From NCBI RefSeq assembly GCF_963921235.1, contig NC_086097.1:36210001-36274000 (forward strand): 64,000 nt of DNA. The letters are read 5' to 3'. The notes under the pieces were generated by a model. The model searched no databases. It worked only from the letters and a program-made list of their open reading frames with translations, and had not been told where the DNA came from. The translations under genes and the position numbers were made by a program. Source of the DNA: Mobula hypostoma (taxonomy: Eukaryota). Below are positions 1-11,390 of this stretch, in pieces; the stretch's first letter is position 1; each line of letters begins with the position of its first letter.

Positions 1-1687
1 TCAATGCTGAGGAATGATCATGGATGGTAGGGGTATGGAGGGCAAAGGTCACTGCAGGTTGATGGCAGTAGGCAGTTTAAATGATTGAGCACAGAGAAGA
101 TGGGCCGAAGGACTGCTTTCTATGCTGTACTTCTCTATGACTATCATGCTTAAATGTTAACTGTTTACCTCTTGTAGAAATATTGCCTGACTTGTTGAGA
201 TTCCCTATCATTTTTGTTTTTAAACTTATGTTCTGAATTGCTTGATGTACCTGCATATTTATTTCCTGAATCACACAAACTAATGCACCAAGTATCTTCT
301 TTCTATCAGGCAATCAAAAAGTATTCTGCTTCTCTTGCTCCTAATGTATCTTACAACTTAATATGTTTAGATCTCATTGCTGACTCTTCCTTTCCTCCCT
401 GCAGCTCTACATCCATCGAACTTTAGTCTCTGTCGAACTGTATGTAATCTGCTATTCCAGAGCACCAGCAAGTGACCCACGGTTGTGTATGGATATTTTG
501 TATAACGCTTCCAGCTCCTCACAATATAAAGAGTGGTATATTTGGCCGAGTGACAGCAGGGGGGATAAAGGACAGCAGATCAGCGATTCCCAGAAATAAA
601 TTGTGGCTCTTCCTATAATGCTATGACAGAAGTTTACATTAAAAATTAATCCCCTCTTTATTGCAGATGTTTTACGATTATTTTGATATCCACTAAATCA
701 TACATAACTATTTAAAGTTTTTTAACTGCAGCTCTCTGCCCCTTGTATTTCCCTCAGTCCATGTTATTTCCCTCACTGGGGTCTCTGAAAATAGCCAGTT
801 GTACATCACATCGCATCAAATAAAAAACTCAAGAAATAAAAAGTGGCGTAGGTCACATCACTCCTTACAAGCTGATCGTGATCATGATCGACAGATGGAG
901 CAGCAGCGATGGGCCAAATGGCCCGATTCTGCTCCTGTGTCTCATGGCCTTATTGAAAGCTGGGCTATGCAACAAAACTCCAAGTGCAAAATCTGATATA
1001 CAATTGTAACAGGTAGATTGGGTTGACGGGCAGAACCTTCTTCCCAAATCTACTCCCATGGATGGGGATGTCAAATACTAGAGAACATTGGTGGAAAGTT
1101 TAAAGGAGATTTATTGTTTATTTAGGAAATTTGTGAGGAGGTCCTTTACATCGAGGTTGGTAGTGAAAGTGGTTTATGATAGCAATGTTTAAGCATTGAG
1201 ACAAACACATGAACAGGCAGAGAATAGAGGGATATGGACCTTCGCAGGCAGATGCGATAAATTTAAATTGGCATCCTGATCAGCACAGACATCATGGACC
1301 TGCTCCTATTGCTGTACTTTGTGAAATGTATTTAAAAAACTATTAAACATTTAGAACTGAAGCACTACCCACCGTACTTAAAGCAATCATCTCTATTAAG
1401 GTCACAATACTCAATTAACATCTAAACTGGATTTTATTCCCCAGTTGAAATAGGCTTCAGTTTATTCTGTATGTTTTACAACTATTATGCATTTGATTTC
1501 ACAGTTTAACATTCCAAAAATGGCCTGAACTAAATGAAATAATCATCTTAAAGAGATTTAGTCTCAGATTCTGAAACTGTTTTTTTTTAAAAAGGGGGGC
1601 AATAAAACCACTTGGGAAGTTAAAGCAACACACATCAAAGTTGCTGGTGAATGCAGCAGGCCAGGCAGCATCTCTAGGAAGAGGTAC

Positions 1688-1723
1688 AGTCGACGTTTCA
1701 GGCCGAGACCCTTCGTCAGGACT
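1688..1723 (-). ncRNA. Minimal type I hammerhead ribozyme motif (PLE terminus)
   Basis: Minus strand AGTC-CTGACGA-AGG-GTCTCGG-CCT-GAAACGTC-GACT: stem I AGTC/GACT, intact core, stem II AGG/CCT, palindromic ACGT and a GUC cleavage triplet. Confidence 0.75.
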
Positions 1724-2144
1724 AACTGAAGGAAGAGCTAGTAAGAGATTTGAAACTGGGAGGGGGAGGGGGAGCAAAATGTGGTCGAAAAGTTGAAGAA
1801 CTGAAGAAATTACAGATGGGGAGCAGTGAGAGATGGTTTCACTGAACTCCCGTCGAAGAGAAGATTTAAACTTCTTCAGTGTAGGCATCACGGAAGAGGC
1901 TTCGCAGTAGTGAATTTAAAAACGTAAACACGAGGAATTCTGCAAATGCTGGAAATTCAAGCAACACACATCAAAGTTGCTGGTGAACGCAGCAGGCCAG
2001 GTAGCATCTCTTCGACGGGAGTTCAGTGAAACTATCTCTCACTGCTCCCCATCTGTAATTTCTTCGGCTCTTCAAGTTTTCGACCACATTTTGCTCCCCT
2101 TCCCCTTCCCACTTTCAAATCTCTTACTAGCTCTTCCTTCAGTT

Positions 2145-2180
2145 AGACCTGATGAAGGGTCTCGGCCTGAAACGTCAACT
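2145..2180 (+). ncRNA. Hammerhead ribozyme motif, stem I mutated
   Basis: AGAC-CTGATGA-AGG-GTCTCGG-CCT-GAAACGTC-AACT: core intact but stem I disrupted. Confidence 0.55.
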
Positions 2181-3179
2181 GTACCTCTTCCTAGAGATGC
2201 TGCCTGGCCTGCTGCGTTCACCAGCAACTTTGATGTGTGTTGCTCAAATACAGAGCAGACTAGTAAAATACACATCTGCAGCCAATGTCAAGGGGCCCTC
2301 CTTCTTATAAAGTGTGATCAGTACATGAAGCGGCTCTTCAAAGAAAGGTCATTAAATCTCAAATCTTGAAATCAGATGTTAAAGTGGAAATAAAGGTGGT
2401 GTTCGGGGAGATCTGAGAAGGCAGGATAAATAGACTCCATTTCCTTAAAGCTAAAAATTGTAAATACAGGGAATATTTTTAAATATCGAACTCATCTCTG
2501 CAGATTATTTTAATAAAACTTCATTCGAAGATCCTTCTTCCCTTGATACATATTTTATGTGTTTCGGAGACTTTCTTTATCAGCAGCTGACACATATTAC
2601 AATCTGAGCTTGCTCTCAATACCTCATGGACTTATTACAAAACTACACATTGCAGAGAGCACCTGGAATAGAATTTCAACCATAATCGCTAGCTCTGAAT
2701 GGGCACAAGTGTATTGACCACACCTCATGATATTCAGCTCTATTGTAGTCCACAGATCCAAATACTGGAAGAGAATGCAATACAACAAATATTCCAAGGC
2801 CACTTTTGCCCCCCAAAGAATGCTTAGCCCTACATTCCTTATGATCCTAAACTTAGCCTGATGCAGTTAGTACCCTCAGAGGAGAGTGACAGAGAGTAAG
2901 TAACTCTAGCTTTTATTGTCAATCTGCCTGTAAGGAGATGATTCTCAAGGCTGTATGATGTATACATGCTTTGATAATAAATATACTTTGAATTCTGACA
3001 CTGGATCATTCTTGCACCATTTTGGATGATTGAGACAAAAAATTTAATATTAAATAAAGTTGCTTATGGAAGCCACTAGTATCGGCACAATACAAAATGG
3101 TCCAATGGTTATAAAGCCTAGAATCAGTTCAAAGGTAATTGTTCCAATAAACCTTTGAATGATTATTGTGGAAATTAAG

Positions 3180-3960
3180 ATGAGGCCACTGTTGGATTAT
3201 TGTGTACAGTTCTAGTCACTCAGCTATGGGAAGGATGTCATTAAGCTGGAAAGAGTACAGAAAAAAAAAATCATAAGGACAATACTGGAACTGGAGGGCT
3301 TAAATTACAGGAAAAGACTGGGATTTTTCTCTTCTGGAGCGGGTGAACTTAGGGAAAAATATAAACTGATGAGGGACATAGATAACGTGAAAAGTCACAG
3401 TCTTCCCCCCACCCCCCGACCCCCACAGAGTAGGGGAGTATAGAATGAGAGGGGAAATATTTAAGGGGACCCGAGAGGTAACTATATCCACACAGAGTAT
3501 GGAGGGTATATGAAATGAGCTGCCCTCTCCTAACAGATTCTCCCTTTTCCAACCCTTTATCTCTTTCACTAATCAACTTTCCTGCTCTTTACTTCAGCCC
3601 TTCCCCTCTCCCGGTTTCACCTTTCATTTAATGCCCTGTACTTCTTCCTCTCCTCCCTCCACTTTCTAACCCTGACTTCTCGTCCTGATGAAAGGTCTCC
3701 GCCCAAAAGGGCGACTGTTTACTTTTGTCCATAGATGCTCATGGCCTGCTGAGTTCCTCCAGCATTTTGTGCATATTAATATGAAACGAGCTGTCAGAAG
3801 CTGCAGAGATGGTTATATTACAATGGTTAAAGGACAACTGGGCAGATACATGGACACAAGAGGTTTAGAGTGATATGGACCTAATGAGATAGCCCCAAGT
3901 AGACAACCTGAACGAGTTGGATCAAAGATTCTCCTACCCTTCTGTACATAACACTATAGC
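3180..3960 (+). mobile_element. Degenerate CR1 3' fragment interrupted by a PLE terminus (about 3525-3775)
   Basis: CR1-type RT C-terminal sequence (tattgtgtacagttctagtc..ggaaggatgtcattaagctggaaagagt). Degenerate hammerhead-bearing terminus at 3683-3720. Confidence 0.55.
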
Positions 3961-4524
3961 TTTGTGACTCTGCATACAAGATTGCAGGGCTTAATTAATC
4001 TTTCTGCTTCACTGAAAAACAATCTGCACTATTAATATTCAAAACATGTTTGTTTATATAGCTTTGTCCTGTGAATAGTAGGCACTTGTGCTTTAAATGC
4101 CAATCAAGTGGATAAACATATTCAGTTGAACCGCAACAAAATTTAATTTAATCTAATTAACAGAATTTGAATATTCACATTTAAAAGCCCATTAACTTAA
4201 CCATATTTTGATTGGAGTCTGCAGTTTTTCTCCCGCAGCCTGACCTGATGGAAATGAAGGAAATGATTCCCATGTTGCAACAACCTTATAACTGAGAGAT
4301 CAAGAGAGTTGATCTATCTTGGATCTCATCTCTTCTACACCAGTTCTCCACAGCCCTAAAAACTCCAGTCTTTCCAAAATATATCTATTTCCACTTTAAA
4401 AACCCCCTGGGCCAGAAAATTTCAGAGATTCACCACCCTCTGTGAGAAGAAATCTTCACATGTATTTCCTCCCTTATCATGAAGTAGGATGGAGGCATTT
4501 GACCTGCAAGTCTATGCACCTCTT

Positions 4525-4800
4525 CGACACTCAGAACATGCTGCAGGAACTCAGCAGGTCGGGCAGCATCCGTGGAAAAGATCAGTCGACGTTTCGGGCC
4601 GGAACCCTTCGTCAGGACTGTAGGGGGAAGGGGCAGAGGCCCTATAAAGAAGGTGGGGGAGGGTGGGAAGGAGAAGGCTGGTAGGTTCCAGGTGAAGAAC
4701 CAGTAAGGGGAAAGATAAAGGGGTGGGGGAAGGGATAGGCAGGAAAGATGAAGAAGGAATAGGGGAATGGGTAGTAGAAGGAGGCGGAACCATGAGGGAG
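4525..4800 (-). mobile_element. PLE 3' terminus / non-autonomous element
   Basis: Same family as 1622-1770: atgctgcaggaactcagcaggtcgggcagcatc.. followed by a purine-rich tract. Confidence 0.65.
4583..4620 (-). ncRNA. Minimal type I hammerhead ribozyme motif, intact
   Basis: Minus strand CAGTC-CTGACGA-A-GGG-TTCCGG-CCC-GAAACGTC-GACTG with a 5-bp stem I. Confidence 0.75.
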
Positions 4801-4805
4801 AAAAC

Positions 4806-5480
4806 CTTCAAAGGTTTCAAAGGTACATTTAATGTTAGAGAAATGAATGCAATATACATCCTGAAATGCTTTTTCTTTGCAACCATTCACAAAAACAGAG
4901 GAGTGCCCCCAAAGAACGAATGATAGTTAAATGTTAGAACCCCAAAGTATCCCCCCCAGCTCCCCTCCCTCCCCTCCCTCCCACGCGTAAGCAGCAACAA
5001 CCAGCGATCCCCCCTCCCCCCACCAGCAAAAAAAAAGCATTGGCACCCACCACCGAGCACTCAAGCGTGCAGCGCAGTAAAGTAATAGGAAAGACACAAA
5101 CTTATAGTTACCCCAAAGACTACCCGTTCACCCGGTATTCGACATACCACAGGCTCTCTCTCTCTCTCTCCCTAATAAGGGAGGAAAAGATGTCTCCGTT
5201 TCACAGTGAGAGGGGAGACATAACAAACAACTCGCTGGTTTATGATGTTAAAAATCCGTTGCGTCGCTTTTTCCGAGCTCTGTGCCCAAAGATCTCAGGT
5301 CCCTGGGCACACAGCTAGAGATCTTCCGACTCCCACGATAGATTGATCTCCTGCCGGGGCACTAACCTTCGATATGCCCAACTGCAGAGCCACGAGATCT
5401 TGGACCTCCAAAGGTGAGCTAATCTCTCAGGCCGCGTCCTTGGCATGTTGAGTAACGGCCAGTCGTGAAACCCCAACTGT
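4806..5480 (-). mobile_element. Non-LTR retroelement 3' region with (TTTGAA)n-like tail, family uncertain
   Basis: Begins ttcaaaggtttcaaaggtacatttaat. Similar tails occur at 12346 and 49534. Confidence 0.4.
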
Positions 5481-6269
5481 CGTCCTAACAATTCCATCCC
5501 CACGTAATGGATGGGCAAACTTCAGCAGTTACTCCGACAAACCTCACCGCAAAAGTGAGGCTCACTCAGCACAGCACAAAAAGGTTGGCATGGCGAAGTA
5601 CTGGAGTAACTGGTGAGCATCTAAGCTATGGGACAAGAAGCCAGAGTTCTGGGCATTTGATCCTGAGATACAAGTCTGAATCCCATCATTAGATCTGGAG
5701 TTTTAAATACATCTGGAATTTTAAAAACAGTCTTGTCACCTTTATAGGAGCCACAAAACTGTTGGATTATCACAAAAGCTCATGAAGAACCAATGACTTC
5801 CAGGAGAGGGAATATGCCACCCTTCTCTGGCAGATCTACTTGGCCACAGGACGTAAAGCAGAAATCCTGTGAGGGAAATGCGACAGATTTATGCAGTGGA
5901 GATTCACAGTGAGGGAAAATGCAATGGAGATTGTGTGTGTGGGAAACGTAGAAATGATTAAACGTGTGGGAAAATGCAATGATGATTATACGTGTGAGAA
6001 ATACAGCAGAGGTTACAATGGAGATAAAGATTTAAAGGAAATATTTAAACGGCCAAGAAAGTTATAGGTCAGAACGTGTGACATCAGGGCTCACATATCA
6101 GAAAGGAATGAAAGATGGTTAGGTAACAGAATCATTCAAAACAAGTGCACAGAACAAACTCTAAGAAATGAACAGCCAGCAGTGCTAGAATCACTGTTGT
6201 TTAATATATATATATATCTATCTCAACAATTAAGATGCCAACATTATAAGTATGATGTTCAAATTTATA

Positions 6270-6530
6270 CAAGATATAGGAGCAGAATTTGTCTTCTTTG
6301 AGTCTACTTCGCCATTTCACCATGTCTGATCCATTTCCCTCTCAGCTCCAATCTCCTGCCTTCTCCCCCGCATCCCTTCATAACCTGACTAATCAAGAAT
6401 CTATCAACTTCTGCCTTAAATATACCCAATGACTTGGCCTCCCCAGCCACCTGTGGCAAAGAATTCCACAGATTCACTACCCTCTGGCTAAAGAAATTCC
6501 TCCTCATCTCTGTTCTAAGTAGATGTCCCA
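6270..6530 (-). mobile_element. CR1 LINE 3' end fragment
   Basis: ORF 6304-6531 (RTEMRRNFFSQRVVNLWNSLP..) matches the C-terminus of the CR1 at 46113. Confidence 0.85.
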
Positions 6531-9500
6531 AATCTGTAATAGCAAATTAAGGAAACAGTTAATAATTGGAGCATTGCAGCAAAGTAAGTAAAAACACTTT
6601 CACAGAGTGAGCATATAGATGTTGACTCAAATTCACATAGCAGGAAGTGAATTGGAATTTTGAGAGAAGGAAAATGAAGGCAATTAATTCCTTAGTACAT
6701 TTAAAACTGCATGAACTGAAAGAGCAAATAAATCTGCCACTACAAACACAAAAATTTCTACAACTAGCCAAGCAAATTGTGTGAGCCCATAAAAAGCACA
6801 AACAACACATCATGGATCATTTCTAGAGGAACAGAACACAAAAGCAGAAAAATAGCACAGATATTATAACATACAAATCCTCAGTCAGACCACAAAATGA
6901 AAAAAAAGTGTCAATTATGAAAATCTGAAATAAAACCAGAAAATGCTGGAAAAACTCAGTGGGTCCAGTGGGTCAAGTGGGTCAGAGGAGGCAGAAACAG
7001 TTAAATCTTTTGATCCAAGACATTGGAATTCGTCCAGATGTCTCACATAAAGCAGTGTTGGAAATAAGCAGGTCAGGTTACATCTCTGGAGGGAAATGGA
7101 CAATCACACTTTCAGATCAAAACCCTTCAACTTGGACTGTTGTCGACTGTCCATTTATTTCCCTTCATAGCTGCTGCCTGACCCATTATGTTCCTCCACA
7201 GTGCCTTCTGTTTTGCCCTAGGTTCCAGCATGTGCAGTCTCTCATCTTCATCCAGTTGTATGCCTCTGATTCCCTGTTCCACTCTGGCTCTGACCCCTGC
7301 CTGCAGTCTCCTGCACTCTTACAACAACTGCCCAACGTCTCATCTTTCATCCCAGCACATTGCAGCCTGCAGAATTCAAAACTGAATTCCCCAAAATTCA
7401 GATCATTTGCCCTTTCTTTCTGTTTGATTCAGTATGCCATTTTTTCTCTTTTTTTTTTCTTTCATTTATATATTCCAGCCTGCCCAACATGTCCCTTTAT
7501 GGCTACATAGTTGTTTCTCTGATGAGATGAAACCTCTCCCATGCCGCCCATTCCATTCCCCTATCCTCTCTGCTACTTAGACCAACTTATTCTCTTTCTT
7601 AGATCTGATGATGGATTTTGACCTGAAGTGTTAACAGTTTCTCTTTCCATAGACATTGGCTGACCTGCTGAGCTTTTTCCCAACGTTCTCTTCTCTTACT
7701 TCTGATTACACTGGAGAATGGCTGTATAGACTATACTACAAAATGGACAAAAATACAATGGACTGGATCATGTCTAAGAAATTGCAGTTTTCAGGAAAGT
7801 TTGAACAGACTGGGTGCCTTTCCTTTTCGAGAAATCCAAAAGATGACATAATAAAAAGGTTTTAAAACTTTGAATGGAACTAGCAGTTGATGTAGGAAAG
7901 AACGCTTCTACTTAGGAGAGGACTCACAAGATTCCATAAACAAATATCCAAGAGGAAAATGATGAATCTGCACTTGGAAATGGTTATATTCTGGAGCTCA
8001 CTGATACAGGAAGTGGTCGTGGCACCTGCACGAGTGCAAAGAGAGAAAAGGATGTGGAGAAATAGAACATAGTCTCTTATAGCAGGGCACAGACCCTTTA
8101 ACCCACAATGATGTGCCGATCCTTTAACCTACTCTAGGATCTATTTAACCCTCCCCTCCAGATAGCCCTCCTATCAGAGGGCTAAGACAGAGTGTGGAAA
8201 GTATAAACACCACCATACTCCAGATGGTCCCAACAGCCAATCTCTACACTGATCATGTCATATAATTTTATGTGTTACTGTCCTAAAACAGTAATATTGG
8301 GAACCTTATGATAATTGTAAAATTGCCATTTGAACAGAACATACCATGTTGAGTTTGGGTGTTTGTAGCGCTTTCCCTGGTAGGCACCGCACATCCATCC
8401 TTCATAGACCATCAATGGACTTAAAACACCACGAACCAGTGGTAATGACCACTGTCCCAGCACTACTCTGAATATACAAATTGCAACAGACAAATGACAA
8501 TTCCACTCCAGCTTACCACCTGACCATCTCTTCCAATTAACAATTCCTGCTCATTACTTCACGAATCATCCCCAGGCTTATTCCCATTCATTTTGCTGTT
8601 TCGCTCCTTCACCGGGCTTCAGTTTTGGAACCTCATCCATTTGAAAGCTCATATGAACCAACCAAGTCACAGAAGAGAGAGACCGGCTGCAGGCCTCGTT
8701 TGTCTGACCATGTTCATGTGTGTTTATGCATCACTTAAATGATTCCCTACAGACTATTCTGTCTTACAATAAACCCCTGAACCCCTCTTCCACATACGAT
8801 GCGCAACTAACAGCAGAGGAAAGGTACGTACAACTGCTTTGCTCCACGTGACCTCTTCAGGATATGTGGTTACTCATTTCTCCCCATCTATCTTCATAAA
8901 ATGAATCTCAGAATCAGATTTATTATTAGCAAAAGTCATGAAATTTGCTGTTCTAGGGCAGCAGTTCAGTGCAAGACAAGACAATTACAAGTTGCCTCAA
9001 TACATGCTTTTTTTTCAAAAAAGCAATTTATTCACGCAAAAAGAACTTGCTCTTCATATTTGGTAACAATCAGAGTGGTTTCAGTTAACTGAGTTCACAT
9101 TAAAATTTATTGCAAATTATGAAGGAGATACCAGGACAAAAGCAACACACACAATGCTGGAGGAACTCAGCATGTCAGGCAGCATCTATTGAAATGAATA
9201 GACAGCCAACATTTCAGGCCAACACTCTTCTTCAGGAGTGATTAACCCATAATCATTAGTCCACAGTCATTCAGGTTACAACCAACAGCCGCATTCCATT
9301 AGGAAAGAGATGAGGGTCCATTTCCTTGCTTCTAGTAGAGTCCAGACCAAATCCTTAGGCAGTTCACACATGTTGGCCAAGTAACTCACTCATCCCCTGT
9401 CCTACAACTGCTGAACAGCAAACTTCTGCTAAGAGAATCTTACTAGAAAATGCTACAGCAATACAACCCATACCATTACTTTAAAAAAACACTGCTGGAG

Positions 9501-10187
9501 GAATTCATTCTTTCAAGCTGCATCTGTAGAGGCAAAGTATGTGCGTCTCCATCACACCACTGCTCTGTTTAATTTAATGTTGCGACCTTACAACACATTG
9601 TGGGTGAGATCAATTCTCCCAGCAACATCCCGCTCTCCCACCCACCACCCTCACTGAGATCAAGGTTCATCACTGAAAGGCTTTAGAGGAGGAAGACAAC
9701 GGGCGTTTGCAGTGCAGGGTGTTGGTCGGTAACTGGCACCCAGACATACCCCTGCAGTGCCACAGCAGAAACTCTGTCATTGCTTTGAGCTTTGGCCAGA
9801 ACTCTTGTTGGTTCCACCGTCCCTTCACACTCCATGTCAGAACACGGTTGATCCACGAACGAACATTTTCACACGTTCAATGAAATAATCGGCCTATGCA
9901 ACCAGTTTCCAAAACGACCCCACAACAATCTCTTGCCAATACTTTCAGTCTCAACTGCAAGCTGTCAATATTCGAAGTACAAGGGGCATGTTCGATCTGC
10001 ACCCCGCTGCCTTCGGGGCTGTCTCTAATAGTTATCGCAATTTTCAAAGTGCTTCCCCGAACCCAGCTTCTACCCGATTCGCCTTTACGGTTCCATTCGG
10101 TTTCATGATGTTTTACTGAGGACGATGTCCGAAAGCATCAGACCCTTGGTCCCTGACATTTACCCGCGTTCGCACATGGTTACTTAC

Positions 10188-10200
10188 TGTCTGTCGCCAT
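10188..10200 (-). CDS. SYT16: Probable first coding micro-exon of synaptotagmin-16 (M-A-T-D + phase-1 A)
   Basis: ATGGCGACAGACA followed by a perfect GTAAGT donor inside a CpG-rich region. It fits the recalled MATDITPEAIGFLS N-terminus of non-mammalian SYT16 and the HIF1A-SNAPC1-SYT16 gene order. No downstream exons were recognised in the window. Confidence 0.68.
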
Positions 10201-10560
10201 AATCCGGCGCTTCTGCTGCGGTGGGCGATCCCGGAGGATGCAGCCGCTTCCTGGTGGAAATTCCACAGTCAGATCCCAGGAAGCTGGCAGGCGCTTTCCA
10301 ACAGCTGCTGGGAACAGCAACACTGCGATCTCTGCAATATCCCTGGCTCCGCCTCGCACGCCGGTCGCCGCCAATCCCACTGCCCCGTTCCTCCTGCCCT
10401 CTTCAGTTGATATACTCATGTGATAAGGCGGAACGGCGTTGCATTTTTACGGCTATCTCGGCCAGACAACGAGAACCTGGTGGGGTGGGGGGAAGAAAAC
10501 TTTAAGGTTTTCATTTATATAGTTTGATTTTCATCCGCAGGGTCTCGGAAAGCCTTTGTC
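10200..10560 (-). promoter_or_regulatory. CpG-rich 5' UTR/promoter of the putative SYT16
   Basis: Local CpG/GC enrichment in an otherwise CpG-depleted window, directly upstream of the ATG. Confidence 0.55.
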
Positions 10561-10624
10561 AAAGGTACTTTCAAAGTACAGTTACTGTTGACTGAGATAG
10601 CACCTGCGACAACTACAAATTCAT

Positions 10625-11390
10625 ACAACTCCAGATGTTGGAAATCCGAAATAAAGCAGAAAATAGTGGAAACAGTCAACCGGTCAGGGCGTATCTGTGG
10701 GGAAAGTGAACAGAGCCGAGACTCTTCGTTAGAACGGGGGAGCGGTACAATCAAGCTGGTAAAATGGAGACACAAGAGATTGCAGATGCTGTAATCCGGA
10801 GCAGTAAACAGAATGTTGCAAGAACTCCGTGGGTCAAGCATCTTGAACGTCAACACGGTTGCTTTGGATTGAGATAGTAGAGAGAGGGTGAGGCACGTGC
10901 TGGAAAGCACTAGGTTGATCCAGGTGTGGCGGGGCGACTGGCAGATGCTCGAGCAAAGGATGGAGTTAGTGACAGAGGCTGGGAGCTGATAACAATACAT
11001 GGACAATGCAATCTGATAAGAAAGGAAAGTGGCGCGTGGGATAAAAAAGGTGGGCTGGGCAGATGGTTAGGGGCCCCAGTGGATACTGGGGAGAAGGAGT
11101 GGGTGGAGAAAGGGAAAGAGGGTGATGGGGTACAGGAAGAATGGGGATGAAAGGGACGGATAGAGAGTTTACCTGACAGTGGAGAATTCAGTATTCCTAC
11201 TGTCAGGTTGTAGACTATCCAGGCAAAATATGAGGTGTGCTTCCTCTTGTTTGCATTTAGCCTCACCCTGGCACTGGAGGAGTTCTCAAATAACATTTTT
11301 TTAAAAATTACTTTTTCAAGATTTAATGTCTCCTCTTTCCACAGATGCTGCCTGATGTACTGAGAGTGCTTTCAGCATTTTCTGTTTTAT
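10625..11390. mobile_element. Cluster of degenerate PLE fragments
   Basis: Repeated cagatgctggaa.. termini. A minus-strand PLE C-terminal remnant lies near 11170-11290, and an oppositely oriented terminus at 11330-11390. Confidence 0.5.

Larger units (their letters stand above)
1622..2244. mobile_element. Internally deleted Penelope-like element with inverted partial copy (fold-back)
   Basis: 1624-1861 is the near reverse complement of 2007-2244. 1960-2010 directly repeats 1624-1673. The minus strand reads a PLE-like ORF start (MPTLKKFKSSLRREFSETISHC) fused to a terminus carrying a hammerhead motif. Confidence 0.75.

Noticed and set aside
1499..2369. Two similar 130-aa ORFs on opposite strands
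   Set aside because: They result from the inverted PLE arms. SPDEGSRPETST is simply the hammerhead sequence translated.
6959..7510. 183-aa ORF
   Set aside because: Crosses PLE remnants and low-complexity sequence, with no recognisable domain.
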